IMG/VR virus record: IMGVR_UViG_2778261068_000002
Span: 1 to 39,177 of that record
Strand: one strand, 5' to 3'
DNA length: 39,177 nt
From: a virus
Lineage: Duplodnaviria > Heunggongvirae > Uroviricota > Caudoviricetes
Part shown: positions 1-12,327 of the stretch, one piece after another
How the letters are laid out: each line of letters begins with the position of its first letter
Numbering within the stretch: position 1 is the first letter of the stretch
Program-made: the position numbers and the translations under genes
The notes under the pieces: generated by a model
Told to the model about the DNA's origin: nothing
What the model saw: the letters and a program-made list of their open reading frames with translations, nothing else
Database searches by the model: none

Positions 1-3060
<3,060 letters not shown>

Positions 3061-3172
3061 TCAATTTTATGCGAACCATATAACGACCGCTTGCAACAAA
3101 AATGCATCTGTTGTATTTCATTTGTTAAAACTTAAATCACCTTGATTAACAACACGAAATGACGGGGTATTT

Positions 3173-3694
3173 ATGATAAAAAAAATACTTGCTGTAACTG
3201 CGCTACTTAGTGGAGCCGTAATGGCTGATACAATGACGATCCCTGTAAATCTCGTTTCCTCAGAAGGAGTAGGGAAAAATATAGGGGAAATAACTATTTC
3301 AGAAACCAGCTACGGATTGCTGTTCACTCCTCATCTGAAAGAACTACCACCAGGGTTACATGGCTTTCATATCCATGAAAATGCCAGTTGTGATCCCGGT
3401 CTGATTAATGGAAAAAAAGTGCCAGCTCTTGCTGCCGGTGGGCATTATGATCCTGAACAAACAAATAAACATCTTGGGCCGTACAATCCGGAGGGCCATC
3501 TGGGTGATCTACCAGCACTCTATGTCAACTCAGAAGGAAATGCAGAAAACCCGGTTCTGAGTCCAAAAATAAAAAAAATAAGCCAGATAAAAGAACGGGC
3601 GATCATGATTCATGCCGGAGGGGATAATCATTCCGATTCACCTGCTCCTCTGGGGGGTGGGGGCGCAAGACTGGCATGCGGAATAATTAAATAA
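3173..3694 (+). CDS. sodC: Periplasmic Cu,Zn superoxide dismutase (prophage moron)
   Basis: 173 aa with N-terminal signal peptide (MIKKILAVTALLSGAVMA) and Cu/Zn-SOD motifs GFHIHE, GGHYDP, HLGDLP, HAGGDNHSD, C-terminal RLACGII. Opposite strand to flanking tail genes; local sequence looks AT-rich by eye. Confidence 0.9.
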   Translation: MIKKILAVTALLSGAVMADTMTIPVNLVSSEGVGKNIGEITISETSYGLLFTPHLKELPPGLHGFHIHENASCDPGLINGKKVPALAAGGHYDPEQTNKHLGPYNPEGHLGDLPALYVNSEGNAENPVLSPKIKKISQIKERAIMIHAGGDNHSDSPAPLGGGGARLACGIIK

Positions 3695-3736
3695 CAAACA
3701 GCCTAAAACAATCACCGTCATAGCTGGCGGTGATTA

Positions 3737-4408
3737 TCAGCGACCAATCACCACAACCTGACCACCATCCCCTTCGTCTGCCGTGCTGATCTCCTGAGAG
3801 ACCACGCGTGACCCCACGCGCATTTCACCGTACAGAACAGGCAGAACATTGCCCTGGGCAACCATGTTGTCCAGTGACGAGAAATACGTGTTCTGCTTAC
3901 CGTTATCCGTTGTTTGTGTGCGGGGAGTTCTGGGTTTAGGGGCCAGCATCTGGGCCACACCACCGAGCACCATACCGGCACCGAGAGAAAACAGGATGCC
4001 GGTCATACCACCGGCCCCAATGGCTGCCCCCCATGCTGCAAGGGTGGCTCCGGCGGTAAAGAACGATCCGGCAATGGCGGCTGCTCCCAGGACAATCTGG
4101 AATACACCACCTGACTTGGCCCCGGCGACTCTGGGAACAATATGAATCACAGCGCCATCAGGCAGAGTCTCATGTAACTGCGCCGTTAATCCGGACGTGC
4201 TGACATCCTGCCCGGCAATCCGTACCTGATACCAGCCGTCGCTCAGTTTCTGACGAAACGCCGGGAGCTGTGTGGCCAGCGCCCGGATGGCTTCAGCCCC
4301 CGTTTTCACACGAAGGTCGATGCGGCGGCCAAATCGTTGTAAATCCCCGTAAAGGCAGATGCGTGCCATGCCCGGTGACGCCAGAGGGAGTGTGTGCGTC
4401 GCTGCCAT
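3737..4408 (-). CDS. I: Tail assembly protein I (lambda gpI-like)
   Basis: 223 aa starting MAATHTLPLASPGMARICLYGDLQRF, ending VVVIGR; same length and near-identical to lambda I as recalled. Confidence 0.85.
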   Translation of the reverse strand: MAATHTLPLASPGMARICLYGDLQRFGRRIDLRVKTGAEAIRALATQLPAFRQKLSDGWYQVRIAGQDVSTSGLTAQLHETLPDGAVIHIVPRVAGAKSGGVFQIVLGAAAIAGSFFTAGATLAAWGAAIGAGGMTGILFSLGAGMVLGGVAQMLAPKPRTPRTQTTDNGKQNTYFSSLDNMVAQGNVLPVLYGEMRVGSRVVSQEISTADEGDGGQVVVIGR

Positions 4409-5049
4409 TTGTCGGTATACCTCTCTCGTTTGCTCAGTTGTTCAGGAATATGGTGCAGCAGCTCGCCGTCACCACAGTAAATGGCGGCATGATTCGGCAC
4501 CGATGAACCAAAACAGCACAGCAGCACATCGCCCGGCTGCGCCGCTGACAACGGCACCTGATACAGCCCTGTGGCCTCCAGATTATCCAGATAGAGATTC
4601 TGACCGTTACGCCACCAGTCATCCTCACGATGAAAATCCGGCATCTCAATCCCCGCCAGATGGTAAGCGTCCCGGAACAGCGTGTAACAGTCCGTCACCC
4701 CGTGCTCAAAGCGCCGCCCGGTAAGATGTGGCACACAGCGGAACTTGTGAATCGCCCCCCGGCAGACCAGCCACCACGGCAAATCACTCTGCACCTGCAG
4801 CCGCCGGTCAGCCTCACTCAGCCAGGGCAAACCTCCGGGATGACTGTGGACCAGCGCCACAATCTCACCCTGCATCTCTGCCCGCAGCCAGTCCTCCGGC
4901 GACAGCCTGAAATAATCCTCCGGCTCACCGGAGATATTCACGCAGGGAAAATATCTTTCTCCCTCCGGCGTTCTCACCACGAAGCCGCACGACTCCGCTG
5001 GCGCACATCGCCGGGCGTGCGCCAGAATCGCTGAATCTGTCTGTGTCAT
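4306..5049 (-). CDS. K: Tail assembly protein K (lambda gpK-like, JAB/MPN plus NlpC/P60-type peptidase)
   Basis: Starts MTQTDSAILAHARRCAPAESCGFVV; contains HSHPGG (JAB-type) motif; position between L and I. 3' end overlaps I by about 100 nt in another frame. Confidence 0.8.
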   Translation of the reverse strand: MTQTDSAILAHARRCAPAESCGFVVRTPEGERYFPCVNISGEPEDYFRLSPEDWLRAEMQGEIVALVHSHPGGLPWLSEADRRLQVQSDLPWWLVCRGAIHKFRCVPHLTGRRFEHGVTDCYTLFRDAYHLAGIEMPDFHREDDWWRNGQNLYLDNLEATGLYQVPLSAAQPGDVLLCCFGSSVPNHAAIYCGDGELLHHIPEQLSKRERYTDKWQRRTHSLWRHRAWHASAFTGIYNDLAAASTFV

Positions 5050-5053
5050 GGAT

Positions 5054-5752
5054 TTACTGCGAAAGTTTGTTAATGGAAAGGAAGCCGCCAAAGTTGCCGA
5101 CGTTATTGCGGAACTTACAACCGCTCAGGCATTTGCTGCATTTATCCTTCGTGATATCGGACGTTGGCTGGTCATATTCATCCGCGACCGCCGGACCGTT
5201 ATAACCGCACTCATCACCGCGATAGGTCCAGGTGCAGGTGTTGGCCAGCATAATACGTCCCGGAAAAACAGCGCCATCCGTTTCCGTCGGCGTGGACAGC
5301 ACAAAGCTCGCGCTGACCGAGCTCAGTTCGCTGCACTGCTCAATGCGCCAGCGGCTGATCACCTCCTGCTCAGGATCGGCGTCACTGTTTCCGTTGACGA
5401 AATTCACCGCATCCAGAAAACGGGCGTAAACCTTACGCCGGACCACCGTTCCGCCGACCAGACTCTGCATATCTTCCACCATGCCGGTGACCATACCGTA
5501 CAGGTTAGAAACCGTCAGCGTGGGGCGCGTACTGGTGCCTTTGCCATTCAGTTCAAAACCACTCCCCTGAATGGGATACGGCTGATACTGTCGCCCCTGC
5601 CAGGTGACCGGCTCACCTTTTTCGTTCTGCTCATTACAGAAAAAATAACGTTCTCCACCGACCTCTGTCAGATCGATTTCCCAGAGCACCACGCTGGCCG
5701 ACTGCTCCGCACGGGTGCATTCATTCAGTGTTTCCTGCCGGATATCCTGCAT
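5054..5752 (-). CDS. L: Minor tail protein L (lambda gpL-like)
   Basis: 232 aa, MQDIRQETLNECTRAEQSASVVLWEIDLTEVGGERYFFCNE...; matches lambda L length and sequence as recalled; gene order M-L-K-I. Confidence 0.9.
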   Translation of the reverse strand: MQDIRQETLNECTRAEQSASVVLWEIDLTEVGGERYFFCNEQNEKGEPVTWQGRQYQPYPIQGSGFELNGKGTSTRPTLTVSNLYGMVTGMVEDMQSLVGGTVVRRKVYARFLDAVNFVNGNSDADPEQEVISRWRIEQCSELSSVSASFVLSTPTETDGAVFPGRIMLANTCTWTYRGDECGYNGPAVADEYDQPTSDITKDKCSKCLSGCKFRNNVGNFGGFLSINKLSQ

Positions 5753-6081
5753 CAGTTCACCACCTGTTCAAACTCTGCGCTGAACTCAACACGCAGCATA
5801 CTGACCCGCGACGACCATTTTGCGCAGGTCACCTTTATCTGCCGCCACTCATAAGGCGGCGTCCACAGAAAGGCTTTCCAGCCCCCGTGCTCAGCCAGAA
5901 ACGACTCCAGCGCCGTGGCCTCCCAACGGGGAACAGAAAACGTCACGCTGTACGTTTTCAGGTTGGAATTCAGCCCGGCAGGCGCTCGCTGGGAATAGCC
6001 ATCACCAAAGCGCACCTTTCTTACAGAAGGGGCCGAAGCCACATCCATACCGGGTTTCACTTTCCAGCGGAAGGTTTTCAT
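5752..6081 (-). CDS. M: Minor tail protein M (lambda gpM-like)
   Basis: 109 aa, MKTFRWKVKPGMDVASAPSVRKVRFGDGYSQRAPAGLNSNLKTYSVTF...; same length as lambda M; stop/start overlap with L. Confidence 0.9.
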   Translation of the reverse strand: MKTFRWKVKPGMDVASAPSVRKVRFGDGYSQRAPAGLNSNLKTYSVTFSVPRWEATALESFLAEHGGWKAFLWTPPYEWRQIKVTCAKWSSRVSMLRVEFSAEFEQVVN

Positions 6082-9000
6082 CGTCCACCTCCGGAGAACA
6101 GGCCACCATCACGCATCTGTGTCTGAATTTCATCACGGGCACCCTTGCGGGCCATGTCATACACCGCCTTCAGAGCAGCCGGACCTATCTGCCCGTTCGT
6201 GCCGTCGTTGTTAATCACCACATGGTTATTCTGCTCAAACATCGCCATACCTGAACCACCAATATTTGCCACAACCCCCAGCTTACCGTCAGCACCACGG
6301 CGCAGTGGCAGAATGGCTTCAGGTCCCGCTTCCCCCATCACACCCGCGCCTTTTGCAAAAGCAAAAAACGTCGGACGGTTAACCACCGTGCCACTGTAGC
6401 GACTCAAATCAGCAGACTGATAAACACCACCATCAGCATTGGGCGTCACACTGGCAGTTGCTGCACTCCCCCAGCCAAACGCCGAACCAATCCCCTTCAC
6501 CGCCTGCATCATGGCCATCTGCGCCATAATTTTTGCCAGATCGGAAAGGAGTGAGGCGGTAAAAGATTTGAAGTTCAGTTTTCCGGTGGTACAGAAGGTC
6601 GCCAGTGCATTACCAGCACTGTTAAATGCCGCTGTAAGCATCTGCTCAGCAGTGCCTGCCGCATTATCCGCATCTGCCGTGAAATTCTGAAACGCCCGCA
6701 TGGCACCGTTTTTCCAGTTACCCTGAGCAATTTCAAGCTGTTGCCAGTAACGGCGATTCTCATTCAGTTGTCGGTTCAGGCTCTCCGTCAGCGCCTGCTC
6801 GGCCTTTCTGTAGTCATCCGTGTTATATGTCCCTTTCTGCTCACTATCCCGCCTCAACTGCTCCAGCTGTTGCTGGTATTTCTGGCGAAGACTCAGTTGT
6901 ACCTGATATCGCTGCCGCTGCTGATCACCCATACCCACCGTGGCGATATCCAGGTCATGTTGCTGACGCTGAGCGCGCTCTTCTTCAGCCAGTTGACTGG
7001 TCAGCTGAATTGTTTTTTTCTTCAGATCGTTGAGTGCCGTCTGTTTCTGAAGCTCCTGCTGTTTTACATCCAGCAGCGTCAGTGCCTGAATCAGTTCATC
7101 TTTACTGGCCAGCACACTCTTTTCATCTGCCGTCAGTTTTTTCCCGTCCAGATCGCTGATGCGCTGCTGCAGAGCCAGAAGCTGTTTATGCGCTTCTGTC
7201 ATCCTGTCAGTGGCAATGCCTGCTGACTGTCTTACAGCAGCAATCTGTCCTTCCACCTGTGCCTGTTGCTGGCTGTACTGCAGCAATAACCGGGTGGCCT
7301 CATCATTACGGGTTTCGCGTGTTTTTTTCTTACCGGATGCCAGGGCTTTCTCGTAACGTTCATTTTCACGTTGTATCGCCGCATCCCTGACAACCTGATC
7401 GGCGTACTGCATGGCATTAATACGCGCAATTTCACGCTGATGTCGTGCTGCTTCCGTTTCATTCATCCGGTTCAGTGCAGCATTTTCAGCATTACGGCGT
7501 TTCTGTTGCTCCTGATAATTCCGCTCTGCCTGCTCTTTTGCATCCTGCAAATCCTTCTGGCGTTTTTTCTCCTGAAGATCGTTAAGACGCTGCTGATCGT
7601 ATTCAACCTGAGAAGATGATGCCGTCCAGGGGAGTCTTTTCGCCCGCGACACTTTCTCCTGCAAAGTGGCAATCTGCGCATCCAGCGAGTCTTCACGACC
7701 AATATTCATGGCCGCATCCCAGAACTGCTTCCACCAGTCAGACAAGGTTTGCAGCGTACTACCCAGCGCATTGAGGTTATTATCAATATCCGCAGTACGC
7801 CGACCGGTTTCCTCTGCCAGTGCAGACATGGCTATCCGTGCCGCATCACTGGACCGCCCCTGCTCTCCAAGGACGCGTATCTGCTCAAGCTGAGTGGCAG
7901 TAAGAAAATGCAGCTCATTGTCCAGAGACTTCGCGGCATTTACAGGATCATCCTTCAGCCGCTTAAACTGATTTATGGTATCGCTGACCGACTGGCCAAC
8001 CGATCGCTCCATCTGTGCGGCAGCTCTCGCCACCATACCGATATCGTTTCCACGAAATGCACCACTCCCCACCACCTGAGCAAGCGCACCGGCTGCAGCA
8101 TGTTGCGTGATACCATTCCCGGAAATAGCACGACTGAGCGTCCACAGCTGCCCGGCAGTGACTCCGGCATAATGCCCCGTCAGCGACAGCTGGCGGTTAA
8201 ATTCTTCCCCCTCCTTCTGACCGTCATACCAGGCTTTACCCAGACCATAGACAGCCGCGGCAATACCGCCAATAACCGCTCCTGGCATCATGCCTTTCGG
8301 TGACATCAGTGTGTCTATCCATCCGGCACGGTTAGCCAGCGTTATCCCGGATCCCCTCAGCGCCCCTAAATTGCCGCGGGCCAGTTCACCTATCAGAACG
8401 CCTATCTCCTGGCGGGCTGCTGCACTTTTCAGACCCAGCGAATGCGTGGCTTTTCCTGCCTGCTCCATTTTGCGGATATACACTTCTGCAGCACTGCTTA
8501 CCCCCAGCTGGGCTGCCTTAGCACGAAGCAACTCAGAAGATGAAAGATTCTGGCGGGTTGCCTGCTCTTTAAGCTGACGGATAAACGCCACTTTCTGTCG
8601 GGTAGCCTCTTCCTCAGCCTGTGTAAGAACACGGGTTTTCGCAGTAACCTCAGAAATCAGCGCCAGATAATCCTGCTGGCCAATCCCGCCACTGTTTCTG
8701 GCCTGTCGGATCTGCTGCTGAATACGCTGTAATTCCTGCAGCCCCGCACTGGCCTGTTTCACACTGTCAATCTGACGATAAAACGCAGCAGCCGCTTTAT
8801 CCTGAGCCTCCGCCAGAGCCATGGCCTGCGCCTGTTCCTCGCGCATTTTCTGGCTCAGTGCCTCCATACGCTGGCGGGTTTGCTCCACCTCGCGGGCCAT
8901 GCGTTCATGAGCCTGTGCGTTCTTCTCCACCGTCTGCGCATGGACGGATGCGGCTGTTGCAGCCGAAGACGCCGCCTGCGTTGTCTGCCGGGCGGCCTGA

Positions 9001-9152
9001 GTCTGACGCTCCATAAAACGCTGCATACGGGCAGAAGACCGTTCTGCATCGCTGGCTGCACCATTCAGAAGGTTTTTGATACGGGGAATTTCATTTTTAA
9101 ACTCTGCCGCATCAATCCCCAAATCAATGACCAGGTTGGCTATCTGGTCCAT
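6078..9152 (-). CDS. H: Tail tape measure protein H (lambda gpH-like)
   Basis: About 1024 aa, coiled-coil-rich (long Q/A/E/R/K-rich central region); C-terminus FEQNNHVVINNDGTNGQIGPAALKAVYDMARKGARDEIQTQMRDGGLFSGGGR matches lambda H tail as recalled. Start chosen at ATG 9152 (MDQIANLVIDLGIDAAEF) preceded by GGAGGTG; the track's longer start at 9182 is less likely. Confidence 0.9.
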   Translation of the reverse strand: MDQIANLVIDLGIDAAEFKNEIPRIKNLLNGAASDAERSSARMQRFMERQTQAARQTTQAASSAATAASVHAQTVEKNAQAHERMAREVEQTRQRMEALSQKMREEQAQAMALAEAQDKAAAAFYRQIDSVKQASAGLQELQRIQQQIRQARNSGGIGQQDYLALISEVTAKTRVLTQAEEEATRQKVAFIRQLKEQATRQNLSSSELLRAKAAQLGVSSAAEVYIRKMEQAGKATHSLGLKSAAARQEIGVLIGELARGNLGALRGSGITLANRAGWIDTLMSPKGMMPGAVIGGIAAAVYGLGKAWYDGQKEGEEFNRQLSLTGHYAGVTAGQLWTLSRAISGNGITQHAAAGALAQVVGSGAFRGNDIGMVARAAAQMERSVGQSVSDTINQFKRLKDDPVNAAKSLDNELHFLTATQLEQIRVLGEQGRSSDAARIAMSALAEETGRRTADIDNNLNALGSTLQTLSDWWKQFWDAAMNIGREDSLDAQIATLQEKVSRAKRLPWTASSSQVEYDQQRLNDLQEKKRQKDLQDAKEQAERNYQEQQKRRNAENAALNRMNETEAARHQREIARINAMQYADQVVRDAAIQRENERYEKALASGKKKTRETRNDEATRLLLQYSQQQAQVEGQIAAVRQSAGIATDRMTEAHKQLLALQQRISDLDGKKLTADEKSVLASKDELIQALTLLDVKQQELQKQTALNDLKKKTIQLTSQLAEEERAQRQQHDLDIATVGMGDQQRQRYQVQLSLRQKYQQQLEQLRRDSEQKGTYNTDDYRKAEQALTESLNRQLNENRRYWQQLEIAQGNWKNGAMRAFQNFTADADNAAGTAEQMLTAAFNSAGNALATFCTTGKLNFKSFTASLLSDLAKIMAQMAMMQAVKGIGSAFGWGSAATASVTPNADGGVYQSADLSRYSGTVVNRPTFFAFAKGAGVMGEAGPEAILPLRRGADGKLGVVANIGGSGMAMFEQNNHVVINNDGTNGQIGPAALKAVYDMARKGARDEIQTQMRDGGLFSGGGR

Positions 9153-9453
9153 AACGCACACCTCCGGAAATACCTTCCCCAAGATGCATCAGTTCTTCGT
9201 CCGTTCGCTCCGGTATCCCGTTCTCTTCCGGTAAAAGGCTGAAATCAGCCACCGCAGCATCACTGCTGCCGGACACCATTCTCACGATCAATGCCTTCAG
9301 CGAGGCAAACTGCGCATCCATCCACACATCACTGAAGCTCTGCATCCGGAAATAATCGCCCCACTCACCAAGCTCAGTGGCCGACATTTCCGACAGCATC
9401 CGCCGCCAGTCTGCCCGCCGGAACTCCCGGGCAAGCCGCATGACAAACTGCAT
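9124..9453 (-). CDS. T: Tail assembly chaperone, T segment (expected to be expressed as G-T fusion by -1 frameshift)
   Basis: 109-aa ORF directly downstream of G in the -1 frame relative to G (coordinate arithmetic); the T frame stays open upstream of its ATG across the 3' end of G. Position between G and H as in lambda. Confidence 0.75.
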   Translation of the reverse strand: MQFVMRLAREFRRADWRRMLSEMSATELGEWGDYFRMQSFSDVWMDAQFASLKALIVRMVSGSSDAAVADFSLLPEENGIPERTDEELMHLGEGISGGVRYGPDSQPGH

Positions 9454-9461
9454 TTCCCGCG

Positions 9462-9480
9462 TCAGGACTTTTCCGGCGTC
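9462..9480 (-). other. Candidate G-to-T programmed -1 ribosomal frameshift site
   Basis: Minus-strand sequence ACG CCG GAA AAG TCC TGA (G frame, end of G); the -1 frame reads GCC GGA AAA GTC CTG and continues into T. Heptamer G-GAA-AAG differs from the canonical lambda G-GGA-AAG as recalled. Confidence 0.4.
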
Positions 9481-9848
9481 AGCACCTCATGCTCCAGATC
9501 CCCGGCATTCTCAATGGCACCCATACCGCTCAGCGACAGAACCATCTCCGCCCCCGCTCCCAGGGCATCATACGACCATGTTGTAATAACGGATGCGCAA
9601 AGCGTCTCAACATCCTGAGACTGTTCCGCATTCCACAGTGAGCGGGAAACCAGCCAGGCATTGATATCCATCCCCATCCGCAGAAAAGCAATCTGTCGTT
9701 CAGCCTCCGGCAGTTCTCCCTCTTCGGCATCAAACTTTGCCGTTCGCTGCTGAACAAACGCCAGATATTCAATTCTCTGCAGCCCGGACAGCTCACTGAG
9801 CACCACGGACTGTTTTTCATAATTAAACGTGCCCTGTTTCAGAAACAT
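9462..9848 (-). CDS. G: Tail assembly chaperone G (lambda gpG-like)
   Basis: 128 aa from ATG 9848 (MFLKQGTFNYEKQSVVLSELSGLQRIEYLAF...), GGAG 6 nt upstream; the track's start at 9866 is a TTG. Position between V and T. Confidence 0.8.
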   Translation of the reverse strand: MFLKQGTFNYEKQSVVLSELSGLQRIEYLAFVQQRTAKFDAEEGELPEAERQIAFLRMGMDINAWLVSRSLWNAEQSQDVETLCASVITTWSYDALGAGAEMVLSLSGMGAIENAGDLEHEVLTPEKS

Positions 9849-9907
9849 CATATTCTCCACCTGCAAAAAACCCCGGATAACCGGGGCAAATGATGAGTAT
9901 CATCCTG

Positions 9908-10651
9908 TTAACCTGCGGCGCTGACAGCCACCGTAGCCACTGCCACAAAATCGCCGTCAGAAGTCATGCCCACAATGCTGACGCTGCCCTGCTTCACGCC
10001 TTTCACCGTGGCCACAAGTCCGTTCAGGGTCACCGTGGCTGTCTGTGGATCTGTCGAATGCACACTGATCGCTTTGTCACTGGCTCCGTCAGGTTTTACT
10101 GTAAAGGTCAGCGTGGTGGTTGCTCCCACATTGACACTGGCGGATGCCGGTGCCACCGTCAGCCCGGTAACGCCCACGGTTTCAGTGCCCTCCTCTGCCA
10201 GATATGGACGCCCCACACCGCTGATTTTCACGGTGCGGGTCATCACGTCTTTTGAGGCAATGGTTTTACCCAGTGAACTCAGCCAGCCACGGAAAACATC
10301 AACAGTACCGTTGGGATATTTGATACGAAACTCGCAGACTTCACCGGAGTCGAACAACTGAACCAGTTTTTTCTGCCCGCTGTCACCCGGACGCCAGGCC
10401 AGCGTCGCCGAAGTATCACCGACGGATTTCTGCCCCTGGGTTGTCGTTTTCCAGTCTGCATCTTCATCATCGAGATAAGTGTCATCTTCTGCATCAGCGG
10501 TCATTTCGCCAGGTTGCAGATCCTTCACCATCGCAAGACGCAGCCAGTCAGTGTCCGATAAAGGGTTCGCAAACGCATCGCCCTTGCCGGTGTACATCCA
10601 GAACGTCGTTCCCGCACCTTTCGTTTTTGCCAGTGGATTTGGTGTGGTCAT
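9908..10651 (-). CDS. V: Major tail tube protein V (lambda gpV-like)
   Basis: Start at ATG 10651 (MTTPNPLAKTKGAGTTFWMY...) preceded by AAGGAGGTGGCA; contains YLDDEDADW and PNGTVDVFRGW as in lambda V; C-terminal Ig-like region. The track's longer N-terminal extension is rejected. Confidence 0.9.
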   Translation of the reverse strand: MTTPNPLAKTKGAGTTFWMYTGKGDAFANPLSDTDWLRLAMVKDLQPGEMTADAEDDTYLDDEDADWKTTTQGQKSVGDTSATLAWRPGDSGQKKLVQLFDSGEVCEFRIKYPNGTVDVFRGWLSSLGKTIASKDVMTRTVKISGVGRPYLAEEGTETVGVTGLTVAPASASVNVGATTTLTFTVKPDGASDKAISVHSTDPQTATVTLNGLVATVKGVKQGSVSIVGMTSDGDFVAVATVAVSAAG

Positions 10652-10661
10652 TGCCACCTCC

Positions 10662-11075
10662 TTAATTCGTGTACGTGATCTGGTACGTGATTTCCGCCAT
10701 CGCCCAGGTGGCCATCTCATTATCACGTTGATAGTTAAAACCGAGTGGGATCAGGGTGTCGATGAGTCCGGAAAGTGCCGGTACATCATTCAGGGCCGGG
10801 AAAATGGTGCTCTCCATCCACATATCCAGCTCTGAATCCGGTGCCTGTGCCCGGATGAAGACAGCAATATGCAGAACAGCCTGCCAGTCATCTTCATCCG
10901 TCATTTTTCCGGTGTACTGAGCATCACTCAGCCACACCGCCACGGCAGGCAGTTCCTGCGCATCAACAAATGCCGGAAGCCCGTCAAAAAACGTGGCGCT
11001 GTCTCCACACTGTTCCCGAAGGCGTGCCAGTACGACCTGGCGGATTTGTGTATGTCGGTTCATCGGGTCAGCCAT
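10662..11075 (-). CDS. U: Tail terminator protein U (lambda gpU-like)
   Basis: TFFDG, PAVAVWLSDAQYTG and DSELDMWMES motifs resemble lambda U; alternative start at 11063 (ATGA overlap with Z stop) gives 133 aa. Confidence 0.8.
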   Translation of the reverse strand: MADPMNRHTQIRQVVLARLREQCGDSATFFDGLPAFVDAQELPAVAVWLSDAQYTGKMTDEDDWQAVLHIAVFIRAQAPDSELDMWMESTIFPALNDVPALSGLIDTLIPLGFNYQRDNEMATWAMAEITYQITYTN

Positions 11076-11638
11076 AACCTCAGTTGTTGTTTCAGTGCAT
11101 ACCCCAGCTGTTTCGGCATTTCCGCAGCAATGATGCGGTCGCGGGCATCTTCAAATGCCTGTGTCAGCGGTCCGGACAGCGGGATTTTCACCACATCAAT
11201 GGGGTAACGATTTTTGCCATCAATACGCCGCATCACATGCCAGCGACCATTCGCCAGTTGCTGAATAAACGCATCCCGGAAAAGATATTTACCCACCTTC
11301 AGCACACTGCCACGGTACTGCAGTTTTCCACCACGCCGGGCCAGTCTGACCCGGGCTGTCCCCAGCTTAATGGCGGGCAGATTGCCCCGGTTAACGCGGA
11401 TCCTGGCCGTCATTTTTCCTGACGGACTGGCTTTAAACACCCGGACACGTTGACGTACCAGTTTCAGGGGGATCCCTTTCACCTGGTTATCTCCCGCAAC
11501 GGTATTCCCGGCAACCTGCCGGGTGGCAACCGAGACCGCTTTCTGTGCCACACGGTTTATCGCCCATGCGCTGGCCTGTGGCACCATACGGGTATCAAGG
11601 CTGTTCAGATTGCGGATGGCATTCTCAAGCCCCTTCAT
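11060..11638 (-). CDS. Z: Tail completion protein Z (lambda gpZ-like)
   Basis: 192 aa, MKGLENAIRNLNSLD...; same length as lambda Z; position upstream of U. Confidence 0.8.
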   Translation of the reverse strand: MKGLENAIRNLNSLDTRMVPQASAWAINRVAQKAVSVATRQVAGNTVAGDNQVKGIPLKLVRQRVRVFKASPSGKMTARIRVNRGNLPAIKLGTARVRLARRGGKLQYRGSVLKVGKYLFRDAFIQQLANGRWHVMRRIDGKNRYPIDVVKIPLSGPLTQAFEDARDRIIAAEMPKQLGYALKQQLRLWLTR

Positions 11639-11649
11639 CCCACACCTCT

Positions 11650-11925
11650 TTACTCAATAAAGATCATTGGCTTACCGTTAAAGCGTTCATGCCGTGTGAC
11701 CGTCCATTGTTGTCCGTCATAAACAACGCGATCCCCGCGCCGTGGGCGGTATCCCGAAGAAAACACCACCAGAGAGACCGCAGGTCCGGACAGAGCATTC
11801 AGCTCTGCCAGTGTTTCTCCCGGGATCACAGTCATATCGACATCATTAATCGAGGCTGTCTTTCCCATCTTTCTGACCGTGATCGCATCCATACGCGCTG
11901 CCAGCCGGGAAAAGGGATCAGACAT
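11650..11925 (-). CDS. Head-tail joining protein (lambda FII-like)
   Basis: 91 aa; C-terminal RRGDRVVYDGQQWTVTRHE resembles the lambda FII RRGDTLTIGEENFWVDRV region as recalled; located between head genes and Z. Confidence 0.55.
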   Translation of the reverse strand: MSDPFSRLAARMDAITVRKMGKTASINDVDMTVIPGETLAELNALSGPAVSLVVFSSGYRPRRGDRVVYDGQQWTVTRHERFNGKPMIFIE

Positions 11926-12241
11926 TGAGTTTTACCGGCACTTCTTCTGCACTGGTTCCGGCATCTGCCCAGACAACCCCGACCAGCGGATCAGAGCCGC
12001 TGTTAGTCAGCTGAACTTTTCCGGACTTCAGATAAACCTTCTTACCCGTTTTCATGTCATCCGTTTTTAGCTTAGGCAGCATAAACACACCTTCGGTCAG
12101 GCCGTCGCCTGTTTCACCCTGTGAAATATCGGTCAGAGCCACCGCAAAAACATCACCCACCTGCACCAGATCTCCGCTGCTGATGGCTGCACTGGCAACA
12201 ATCGCCACCGTTTTTCCTTCTTCTACAAAATTCTTTGCCAT
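11918..12241 (-). CDS. Small head-associated protein (DUF2190-like; possible decoration/cement protein)
   Basis: 107 aa from ATG 12241 (MAKNFVEEGKTVAIVASAAISSGDLVQVGDVF...), GGAGA 6 nt upstream; immediately downstream of the capsid gene. Family assignment is from memory only. Confidence 0.45.
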   Translation of the reverse strand: MAKNFVEEGKTVAIVASAAISSGDLVQVGDVFAVALTDISQGETGDGLTEGVFMLPKLKTDDMKTGKKVYLKSGKVQLTNSGSDPLVGVVWADAGTSAEEVPVKLNV

Positions 12242-12283
12242 AACTGTCTCCGCACAGCCCCGTTCAGGGGCTGATTTCAGGTA

Positions 12284-12303
12284 CAAAAAAAGCCCTTACG
12301 GGC
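12284..12303 (-). terminator. Intrinsic terminator just downstream of the capsid gene (hairpin GCCCGTAAGGGC plus U-run on minus strand)
   Basis: Minus strand reads GCCCGUAAGGGC followed by UUUUUUUG; a second hairpin CAGCCCCUGAACGGGGCUG follows at 12256-12274. Confidence 0.5.
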
Positions 12304-12327
12304 CATCAGAGTTGTTGTCTGCGACGT

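Noticed and set aside
5048..5854. 268-aa + strand ORF overlapping L, and similar + ORFs across H (for example 6741-7226, 7749-8303, 8880-9242)
   Set aside because: Antisense to well-supported tail genes; no ribosome-binding sites; biased composition.
10652..10726. N-terminal extension of the V ORF (start at 10726) and similar upstream extensions of portal (15880), protease-capsid (14547), G (9866), Rz (19710), cro (32248), N (33113), cI (32114)
   Set aside because: The track reports the longest ORF, sometimes from TTG/GTG. Internal ATGs with Shine-Dalgarno sequences, abutting upstream stop codons and agreement with homologue N-termini support the shorter starts.
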